A DNA stretch of 64,000 nt from Tubiluchus corallicola (taxonomy: Eukaryota; Animalia; Priapulida): the NCBI GenBank assembly GCA_030141605.1, contig JAQGDQ010000071.1, positions 655,029-719,028 on the forward strand, in the 5' to 3' direction. The position numbers and the translations under genes were made by a program. Of this stretch, positions 28,972 to 39,391 are shown one piece after another. The notes under the pieces were generated by a model. That model saw only the letters and a list, made by a program, of their open reading frames with translations, made no database searches and was not told the origin of the DNA. The stretch's first letter is position 1. Each line of letters begins with the position of its first letter.

Positions 28972-29326
28972 TGTTGTGGAGATCGCTGACGTCAAGTAGA
29001 ATTGCACAGAACGTCGTAGAATGTTCTGTCGGGATGACCGCTTTAGCGTCTGGATTGTTCTCGAACATTTGTTCCAGAAGTTTCTGCAGTGCGCTATATA
29101 AGGCGAAGCAGGCTGCCGACAGGGGATCGCACGCAGATCTAACACGGACTTATACTTACGCATTTATACTTACTTAAACGTTTTCCAGATTTTCACGTTT
29201 ATTGTAATCATTTCAACGTTCCTTCATCTTTTGTATAGTAGAATTCTCGCTAAATAAAGCAGTTTTATTTGACGGCGTGTTTTCTGGTTTTCTCTACGAG
29301 CCTTTCGAGAGAAACTAAACACAACA
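28972..29326 (+). mobile_element. Solo LTR (355 bp, BEL/Pao-like termini)
   Basis: TGTTGTG...CACAACA termini, 5-bp TSD CTAAC (28967-28971, 29327-29331), TATATAA at 29095 and AATAAA at 29253. Empty site with a single CTAAC at 45120 and 59507. Confidence 0.92.
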
Positions 29327-29421
29327 CTAACTTGTATATTAAGTAATACGATACAGACAACATACTAGATTAAAAATTTCTAGCTTCATATTTGCATTTT
29401 GTTTCTACTCAACAGACCAAG

Positions 29422-32400
29422 ATGACAAGTTTAAATAAGGGATGCACGTTGCCTTTATATGTGGTGGATGCTTTCACAAGCCAGGCATTTGCTGGAAATG
29501 CTACTGTTGTATGTCTAGTGTCACACAATCAGGTAAATTAATGATCTGTCATTAACAAACTTTTCGTCTTAATCTGTTGTCAGCTATTTTTATTGCACTG
29601 TTCTTCACTGCAAATAACTTGTGATCCTATAGCACAAAATCAAAGTCAATGTATGTGGCTTAATCGCACTCTTATTTATGTAAAGATACGAGTTTTTAAC
29701 TACTAACTGATAATGTTTCTTGTTATTTATTTATGCGATTAACTCAATTAATCTACTGTGTTACAATAAATAAATCATTATATTATAATATTTAAATCAC
29801 AGGCTTGCATAATAAAAATCACTGGTTTCCTTTTAGAAATATTGAAACAAATTTAACAAGTTAGATGAAAATAAAAGTGTCCATTTGGTCACAGCTGAAA
29901 TCAATTTGTAATCAATTAAACTTATAACATCAGTCATAATAATGTCAGGATAATGGTGACTGTGCCTTTCAGTTATGTTTGTATTTGGATCTATTATAAC
30001 AGTAGGTGTTTTTCATAAAGCGTTAGTATAATTTTAAGTGAGAATTACAATGAGTATCAATGCAGAAAATGCATTTTGTTGTTGTTGTTGTTTCCGTCTC
30101 TACTGAGGCTTTGTAGTTTCTTTTTGCAATTAGAATAGATATTCTGTGTATTATTTGAACTGTACAAAACAGCAGATATGTTATATGTTCAAAATGTATC
30201 CCAAACTGCCCAAAAGCTGTGTTGTTTTTATTAGTTGAATTGTGGTGTAATCTGCATTTCTTGGGTTATATTATTAAATGGCTGTAGACATTGTGATGTA
30301 TATAGTCCTTCGGTTATTCTATTTTAGGTAATCGACGATGCAAAAATGCAAAAAATTGCTTTCGAAATGAACTTGCCGATAACCGGTTTCATTGCACTGC
30401 CAACAGAAAACGATTCGTTCAAGAATTCTTCCCGTTTTGGTCTACGATGGTTTACCCCTGCCTGCGAATTCCAACTGTGCGGTCATTCCACTCTTGCTGC
30501 TGCCACGGTGCTTTTCTCTTGTGTTGGTAAATTTGCTAAGCAGGACAGAAATGTAAATCTAGAAGCTGAAGCTGAGTCAGTTGCTACTAAATCAGCTGAG
30601 TCACACAGTAAATCAGCTAGCTCGGCTGAAACTGAGTCAGTTGCTACTAAATCAGCTGACACTCACAGTAAATCAGCTAACTCGGCTGAAACTGAGTCAG
30701 TTGCTACTAAATCATCTGACACTCACATAGTAAATCAGCTAGCTCGGCTGAAGTAATTTTAATGTTGTAATTGTAATTTTAAACAAACAAGCATACAAAA
30801 ACATACGTAAACTTGATAAAATCCTAAACAAAAAAATCTTTGCTTACGAATAGCCTAAATTGCTGCAGTTCAAGAATATGCCGGTACATGGTTTTTAAGA
30901 ACGTGACAACTGACAACTGTGTGAGTGACAGTACTTTCTCTACCTTACTGCAGATGCTAGCAGTGCAGCACCATCATGTGCTCTGGTTCCGTACAAGTAT
31001 AAAGAAAGAACTAAAGAAAAAAGACTTATTGTATTGAATATTATCGATAATATTGAGTGAAAATAGGGGGCGCTGCAGTTCTGATACTTATACACAACCG
31101 CCACTGTGCTGCATAAACACTAGGCCAAGTTGACCAAAACCTAAATTTTCCTAAGTGAACTTGGTTCAGGAATTGACACTTATGATTACTCCTTCAGTGG
31201 CTTACTTACTGGAGTTCACCATTACGAATGACAGATTGTGATTCTTATGTCCTGCAGCAACAATTTAGTGTTAGTTTGAATAGTTCTATTTGTGAACTGG
31301 TTTAAGTGATTCGACAGCACGCCCCTTTATATGCCATATATCTCTCATAATTTATGTACTCGCGATGTTAAAAAAATCTCCTGGCTTATAATCTGGCAAC
31401 TCTAGCAATGGATTTATTGAAAATATAATTTAAATCCAACCCTTGGCAAGGCTTATCTGGATTACCAACAAATCAATACTAAACACCAAAATGATCCCAT
31501 ACCTGTGGCTAATGTTGCCTATTTGTGCATTTTATTTAATTTTGAATTGACTGCTTTCTCATTCAAAAATTTCTGAAGTTTAGTATCTCTGCCAGCACAC
31601 GTACAATATGACCGCATTGCAACCAGTGATTTCATCATCATCATAAGCCTGTTACATTATTTCTAGACATTGGGCAGGCAAAATTCTAAAATAATAGAAA
31701 TCTGTCCTCAAAACAGGTAAACACAGCAGTAATCTAACAAAAACTGGACACTGCTATGCCAGTGACTTTTTCGCAAGAGCAAAAATCATCACAGCCGGCA
31801 AAAATGTCAGCTACCTCGACTTCCGTCACCGAGCGGCTGGCACGACTAAAGCTGGGTTTCTTATCGGCTAGGTCGACTGTAGAAATAAACCGGCTGGAGC
31901 TGAGCTGAAGCGGTACGGCTCTGGCTTCTATGGCGATCCCATAAGTATTTTTCACGTTGTCTTGAAAATCAGGGAGTTTTTATTTGCCAACCTAATACCA
32001 AACGAATTCACTGTGAATTTATTTGTGTGCTAATGTGTTTACTTCAAATAAGCTTCCATGCAGTTTTGCTTTTTTTTCTTCTATTGCTTGGAGATTGTGT
32101 GCCTTTTTTTGCATTTTAGGACTTAAAGCATTCCGCTGTTTTCAGTTCTCATCATATTTGGCATTTTCTTAGGAGACTGTCAGCTTTCCCTTCTTTTTAT
32201 CTGCACTTTAAAAAATTGGAAAAGAAAAATAGTGCCTGTTAACCATATTCTAAACCATATTCTATTCAAATAATGAAATTACAATTAGGCATTGCAATAT
32301 TTGATTGTATTGCTAATCCACTAATGCTACGATTAGGCTCTAAATATTTGTGAAATTGATAATCATTATGATAGGCAGGTCTGAAATTAAAAGGCAGCTA

Positions 32401-35400
32401 GTGAATATATCTACAGCTATGTAAATTATTACAGGTAACGAATTTACAGAGATTACATTTGATACGCTGAGTGGACCACTTGTTGCCAGAAAAAAAGAGG
32501 ACAATATGATTCTGCTTGATTTTCCTGCTAATCCAACTATTAGTGTTAACAAGGAAAATGTGAAAGAGCTTTTAAAGGTACCTACTCTTTTGAATGAGCT
32601 GTAAAACAAGTTTGCTTGGGTTTTTGTTGTAAGTAATTTTATCATTGAAGCTTTTAGCAGGTAGGTGGTTGACAGTTTGGAAGACATTCTGACACCTTGG
32701 TATATTTATGTATTTTAGGAAATTTCCAGGCTTACTCGTTTTAACTGTGTGTGCTGGCCATGTTTTTCAAATGTATCATATGGGCTGTTTTTTTGGTCAA
32801 TAGCTAAATTGCAGCTTTGCACAGACTTTTTTGAAGGCATATTACTTAGTATTATCTTACTTGTATTACTTAGTATTACGCTTTCTTGCCTGCAATACTC
32901 ATGTAAATAGAAAAGACACATTTTCTAGCTTTATGTAAGTAAAGGGCTTTCTTGCCTGCAATACTCATGTAAATAGAAAAGACACATTTTCTAGCTTTAT
33001 GTAAGTAAAGGGCTTTCTTGCCTGCAATACTCATGTAAATAGAAAAGACACATTTTCTAGCTTTATGTAAGTAAAGGGCTTTCTTGCCTGCAATACTCTT
33101 GTAAATAGAAAAGACACATTTTCTAGCTTTATGTAAGTAAAGGGCTTTCTTGCCTGCAATACTCATGTAAATAGAAAAGACACATTTTCTAGCTTTATGT
33201 AAGTAAAGGGCTTTCTTGCCTTTTATGACAATTTTTTGGTGTTTTAATTAACCCTATTCAGTTTTTGAATTTACCTGAAGAGGGGGACAGCATGAGAGGA
33301 GCATGGAAATTATTCAAAGGTGGGACGGGGTGGGGTGGTTACAGTAATGGTGGCAGTGAAGCGCTTGCTGTTACTTTATTGTTTCTTTTTACTGGCTGTT
33401 ACACACCCGTGCATGCATGCACACGCACGCACACACCCACACACACACACTGTTACATAATATAGTAAAGTATATCATATCACTCTTTTCGGTGATTCTA
33501 GATTGCATAGCACTCCTACAATAGGACTAGTTGAAGTTTAGCAAACAACTATCACAATTACTAACCTGACATTCTGTGCATTAAATTTAGAAATCCACAG
33601 ATTAAAGATACGAGACAATGCCGCTATGATAAAACTAAGGGTGCATTCAGACTAGCGAGTTTTCTGTTGGGAGTTTTTCTCTAACACCAAACTTGCAAGT
33701 GTGAACTGCTTTGCGAGTTACTATCGACAAGTCATTGCACACTTTCAGACAGTTGCTACGAAATGATTTCCTGTTTAGTGTGAACAGTCTCAGCGAGTTA
33801 CTCTTGACACTGCTCCCAGTGAATAGAGGAGGAGTATCAGCTGGTGTTTACTTCATGCTGGAGAATTTTGTTCTTTAGTCTGAACGTGCTTGCGAGTTAC
33901 TTGGCGAGAAAATTTGCTAGTATGAATGCTTCATTACTCTCAAAAGCAGTGCGACAAAATATCAACATTCTTGCAACAGTCAAGTCATCTAAATTCTTCT
34001 TTGTAAAAAGTATTTTGGTCCAAACTTTAATACACTGTAGAATCTTACGTGAATGTTTTTTATAATACAGGTACTTGTTGGAGATTTACCTATTGTTGAT
34101 GTGGAGTATGCTCCTGTTATACAACAAATGATTGTGTGTCTTCAAGATTCTGTGTCCAGGTGTGCATGTTGATAATTTTTTATTTGGTTTGTCGTGTGTC
34201 ATTCGTTTTGCACTTTTCATTTGCTTTCATGTTATTATACATACTATAAAATTGCTGCAAATTGCACAAATCTGCAATTAATCTCTATTTCTATGAAGTG
34301 TGTTTGTGTATGTTTGTTTATTTGTTTGCTATAAAGTCCTGTTTTATTTATTTAACTTAAAATTTGGTCTATTAAGTTGCTAATACATCACACTCCCCAT
34401 TGAATTATGGGATATGTACAGTTATGTGCAGAAATCAATTAACAAAAGCTGAAGTCAGTCTACTTTTTAACTTTTGGCAGGAGTTCTACTTACATGAAAA
34501 AGAATTTAAAATACACTATGTTTCAGTCCATTGTTGGGTTCATTCTCTCATTGTCTCATTTTTCATTCATTAGTCATTGATGTTATTATTGTTGTAAGTA
34601 TAAGGCTTCATGTGTGTGTGTGTGTTTTACCTTCAGGCAAGGACTACTATACAACAGGACGTGCACAGTCAGATCTCTGATTCCGCCAGCGGAGGCGATC
34701 AATACTTGTAATGAACGTAATCTAGAAATAGTGCGCTTTAGAGAGTAGTGATCTTGGAAATTAAAGAATGGACGGATCGGTAGATAGCGAGTATTATTTT
34801 TCATTTAATTGGTTCTTTACATTACGGGAGAAAAGTTCCAATTGTTTATTTTATGTATCAAAGGAAATTAGTGTTCATTTTTACTTCTTAAATAGCGCAC
34901 TACTTTAGGCGTAAGTGTGTTTTACCGGAAGTAGTGCTTTGTCATTGTTAATGTGTCATTGTTCAAAGTCAAGTGAAGCGTTGTTTTCGTGCTTGTGTTT
35001 GTTTCTTTTGGGATTATTTTCAAAATTTCTCGTGGATTTTATACATCTGTGCTCAGCAGCATGCCTAACAAGGTAACTATGACACGGAGAACAAGTGTCG
35101 TGTGTTCAGACTGCCAAGAGATCATGTAGAAAAACAGAAATGGCTAAGTGTTCTTCCCCCACGCGAAGGCTTTGTTGTTGATCCATCGAAATTTTTCATT
35201 TGCGAAAAGCATTGGCCATCGGATACTCAAATAGTCAAAATTCCAGGTGGTCACACCAGCCAGTGGATCCACCCAGTATTTTCAACGTTCCAACATCATG
35301 CTTGCCCACTCCAAAGCCACCACCTCGCCCTCCAAAAACTGAGGACCAGCAGCTGAATTATTTCTTTAAAAAGGATAAAATAACTTATCTCAATGAATTC

Positions 35401-38400
35401 ACTCCTGAGAAAGACCTGCATAAGACGTATCAGAACCTCATTATATCTCGCGCACAAGACAAATTTGTGTGCATGTTCATGGAAGAGGACCACAGTCAAT
35501 GTTATATGTCAATTATTGTTCACAATAAGCCTACCTTGTGTTCCCCTCTTACTCTGTATGCTTTCAAAAACGGGATCAGTGTGCCATTAATTAAAATCCT
35601 CAGTCCGAACAATGGACTGTCCTCTTACTCACAATTTTTCGCGGTTGTGAATTCTGTTGTCAACCACATTCATCATGTTGATGATATTGTCAACAAAGTG
35701 ACAAAGTCTCTTGAACTTGAACTAGCTCAAAATCGAGAACAATCTCCTAGTGTTAATGCTAAAGCCAAGAAGCTCAAATTTCTAACACGACAGCTTCGAC
35801 TATTATGTGATAAGACTTTCACAGTGTCTGATTATTGCTTTGCAATAGAGTCATTTCCCCATTGCAATTACGAACAACTGCGTGACTTTTTAGTGTTACC
35901 CAGCAAAAGAAAGCTGCAGTCAGTTATTTCATCGACAGATATTGACAAGGTGCTAGGTAAAACATTTCAGAAAGTAAAAAGCTCTGAGCAGAAACACTGT
36001 ATGCTATTGGTGGATGAAGTGAAAATATGCCCAACAGTGGCTTAAGGTCCCATGTTGCTTAATTTTGCAGCTAAGGACACTGTGAGCAACAAGCTAATCC
36101 TGTCATTCGTGATAAAACAATAAAGAGACATTTATTTTCAGGGAGATCTTGGAAGCAAGGGCACCGGATATTTTTGCTCTTCCTGCAGCTAACACATCCC
36201 TGATGAAACTGTACGGTGTCCACTTGACGGTTAAAGCTCCAGCCAACTCCGGCTATGACTTTTATTCCCGCAGTTTTTTTCCCTGGATTGGAACGTCTGA
36301 AGATCCAGTTTGTGGTAAACAATTTGCATTGTTTATGTAAGAATGAATGAATATACTATTGATATATATGAATTAATTATAATTATCTTTGCTTTAAAGT
36401 AAAGCTAAACAAAAGAAATTATGTTTATTATTCTTGATGTGCACCATTTTGCTGCGTCTGTGTTTGCCAGTAAGTGGCGTACTCTACTGGCGTTGTTTTG
36501 TAACTTTTCTTTCTCTTTTGAAATGCAGCACAACTAGGGTTGTGGTTTATACAGTAAAATAATTAATATTGGAACATACGATAATTTGAGGCTTCATGCC
36601 ATACAAAAGAGGTAGCTATACGAAGATTGTTAATTAGTTAGTTAGCTATATAAGCTAGTCAGTTAGTCAATCAGTTAGTTTTGGCAAGTTTTCAGTATGG
36701 CATGTTGGGTTGGACAGCTGGGTGTTCTTGGCACTCTTGGCGGCTTTACATTCTTGGAGGCTTGGCGATGGGGTGGAAGACAGAGGCAAGATTTGGAGTG
36801 GAAAACAGGTAGAGTGTCGGCAGTGGGACTGATGTAGGAAGATAGTAGGGTGTGAAGAGAACCACCTAAACTGCAAGAGTGCCCAAATCAATACCAAAAC
36901 ACTAAAATGATCCCATGCGTGTGTCTAACATTGCCTATTTTTGTGTTTAATTTTGAATTGACTGCTTTCTCATTAAAAAATTTTTCAAAGATAGTATCTC
37001 TGCCAGCACACGCACACAGTATGACCACGAATCCGTAGTGCATTCGCCAAATTTCACCCAGTGATTTCGTCATCATCACAAGCCTGTTATGTCAATTGTA
37101 GACATTGGGTAGGCAGAACTCTAAAATAAAAGAAATCTGCCCTCAAGACAGGTAAACACAGCAGTAACCTAGCAAAAAACTAGACACTGCTTTGGCAGTG
37201 GCTTGTTCGCAAGAGCTAAAATCTTCGCAGCCGGCAAAAATGTCGGCTGGCTCCACTCATCTCTGAGTGGCTGGTGCGACTAAAGCTGGGTTTCTTATCG
37301 GCTAGGTCGACTGTAGAAGTGAATTGCCTGGAGTTCAGCTGAAACGACATGGCTCATGCCTCTAGTTTTAAGATGAAGATTAGTTTTAGTTTTGTTCTGT
37401 GTTAGTCTTGCATTTTCTGTCTTAAGTCTGACTGAAAATCACTATGTCACTGAAGGAGTTGCCAGTTTTATGGTTTTTCTGTTGAGGTGGTTTCTAACTT
37501 TGCAGTTTTTATGAGAATAATGAAATTTTGGCCACAAAATATTCTATCCAGTACAGAAGGACTTATGTGGTAATAGTTCCAGTGAATAAAGTATACATTG
37601 TAGGCCTGATTTTCAAAAACATGAAATGTTTTTTTTTCAAAAACATGAAAAGCCTATCTTAATTCATTATATTTGCATGTTTAAAGTTTGCAATGTTTGA
37701 TGCCAGTAATCTCCAACTAATTTCTGACTATGTTAGGGTCGGCTCACACTATATTTGGTTGTTACTGGCAAAAAGTGCTGGGAAAATCAACTTTTCAAGG
37801 TAGGATAATTTGCTGTTTTATGACGTTTGTTATAATTTAACTTATGATGCTTATTCGTTTATGATCTGATTTTGTATGTTTTTCAGTATGTCAGTAGATC
37901 TCAATTTAAATTCTGTGCAAGATTATTACCATGCTGACAAAGAGCGACATAGGTTTGATTTACTTAATGTCGTACAGCACACTGTAATTTAATGTGTGTA
38001 AAGTCCTCGAAAGGTTAAAAAATGAAAATTTCCAGCCATTGTAAATAACTGCGTCTTAGTTTACATAATTTTTCACAAAAAATTACAGAATGCTATAAAA
38101 TATAATTGTTATTTTGAACAATATATATTTTTAGTGGCCAGTCACAAAGTATAATTACTGCCCTGCAATACCATATCACATAGACTTGTGCAGCATATGT
38201 TACCGGAACAGTATCTTGCTTAACCCTTTTACCGCCTCCATGATGTACTATTATGTCTATTTTTTGTATTGGCTTATGCCTATTTGATGTACATATTTAT
38301 CATTAGTATCTAGCGCTCCATTTAAACTCTGGCGAAGTGTATTATCGCTTAGTTTAGTACGTTTAGACAGCTAGCAGGGCCCAGCACAGCTCCAGGAATA

Positions 38401-39391
38401 TGTGTAAACTGAGTTTGACCTTATTTCCTTGGCTACATAGCACATCTGCTACGTACATATATGTCTTCGACTGTGAATTCTGCATCATTTGAAATTTGCT
38501 GTTTTTGCACATTTTTATTATTATTAATAATAATCTTTTGTTCGTATAAAATTTTTTATACAGCAATGTAGTTTTAGTATAAATAATTAATACAATGAAA
38601 AATAATTTTTGTTAGTAATTAAAAAACAAGAGATTTAGAGATTTTAAGACAATTTTCAGCAAAAAGCTTAAAGATTTGATAGTTTTGGAGGTTTTAATGC
38701 ATATGCACACTCTCCCACTTATTTTAGAGATGATGGACCTATATATATATATATATATATATATATGTTCTAAACATTCTTGATAGATATATAAAAATGA
38801 TCTGTAAAGGGATTATTATTCTTGTACACAATTCTACGTGATTTTAAGGCTTTTGGTTTTTGCATGTATTTTACTTTTGATAAATGTATACCAAAACAAA
38901 TATATTTTTAATTGTGACTTGCACAAGTTGATTTTCGGGCTGAATTTAGGGGCTGAAGCTGTTTTACTTGCATGACACTATAATTTTGCTTTGGAGGTTC
39001 ATTTATTGATCTAAATTCAGTTTCATGTGCAGTTTCATATCACCATATTGCCTCATTTGCAAATAAATATAAAACTTAAACAAGTAAGTAAATATATAGG
39101 CCTAACAAATTTTCGTGAATGAATGTAATGATTGATTGATTGAATGAATGAATGAATAGGTGGGTGCATGATTGATTTTTATTTGGCTTGTTGAAATCAT
39201 ATCTTTTTTTCTTATGAACAATATCAAAATAAAGTTGCAAAGTTGTTATTTTGTCATGTGCTTTGTGCGTTTTTGTAGCTCGTCAGTGCTCAAAAAGAGG
39301 AGGAGATGTCTACGTGAATGTACGAGAAGACAAGAGAGTCGAGATTGGAGGCAAGTCTGTAGTCGTTATAGAAGGAAAGATCTATTTATAG
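29422..39391 (+). CDS. PBLD: PhzF/PBLD-family (phenazine biosynthesis-like, DAP-epimerase fold) protein, copy 1, 296 aa, divergent active site
   Basis: Exons 29422-29532, 30328-30526, 32435-32577, 34071-34159, 36142-36314, 37737-37799, 39279-39391 (891 nt, in frame). Motifs VDAFT..FAGN, LRWFTP..LCGH, FDTLSG, LDFP, DFYSR.F.PW..EDPVCGSAH, QCSKRGG. Confidence 0.92.
30563..30752. repeat. 60-bp tandem repeat, ~3 copies (intron 2 of copy 1 only)
   Basis: GCTGAAACTGAGTCAGTTGCTACTAAATCAGCTGACACTCACAGTAAATCAGCTAGCTCG units. One unit at the equivalent site in copies 2 and 3. Confidence 0.9.
30753..31406. mobile_element. Partial copy of the hAT-like element found in the calcineurin intron
   Basis: 30753-31110 is near-identical to 15811-16175; 31291-31406 matches 16176-16291 including the right TIR. 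Confidence 0.8.
31475..31930. repeat. Unclassified ~450-bp interspersed repeat in introns 2 and 5 of each PBLD copy
   Basis: Same-orientation homologs at 36890-37363, 46693-47152, 51841-52318 and 61080-61540 (e.g. GACTAAAGCTGGGTTTCTTATCGGCTAGGTCGACTGTAGAA). Confidence 0.8.
32880..33221. repeat. 66-bp minisatellite, 5 copies (copy 1 only)
   Basis: GCTTTCTTGCCTGCAATACTCATGTAAATAGAAAAGACACATTTTCTAGCTTTATGTAAGTAAAGG x5. Single unit at 48106-48183. Confidence 0.95.
33639..33933. mobile_element. PIF/Harbinger-like MITE (also at 48610-48904 and 62999-63293)
   Basis: TIRs GGTGCATTCAGACTAGCGAGTTTTCT / AGAAAATTTGCTAGTATGAATGCTTC, TAA/TTA flanks, internal GTGTGAAC..GCGAGTTACT subrepeats. Confidence 0.7.
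34638..36045 (+). mobile_element. Truncated P-element/THAP9-like transposon (defective transposase) in intron 4 of copy 1
   Basis: Begins CAAGGACTAC where copy 2 diverges. THAP remnant MPNK/GNY..VFRLP..KQKWL..FICEKHW (first two Cys deleted), frameshift, then YEQLRDFLVLPSKRKLQ and CMLLVDEVKI. Ends abruptly with no right TIR. Confidence 0.88.

Noticed and set aside
30527-30756. Ser/Ala/Thr-rich C-terminal extension of ORF 30346..30756
   Set aside because: Read-through past the exon 2 donor into the 60-bp intronic repeat.
32876-33166. 22-aa repeat protein or CRISPR-like array
   Set aside because: Head-to-tail 66-bp repeats with no spacers, in a eukaryotic intron.
35200-36045. Domesticated THAP9-like host gene
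   Set aside because: THAP zinc ligands deleted, frameshifted, truncated and present in only one unit.
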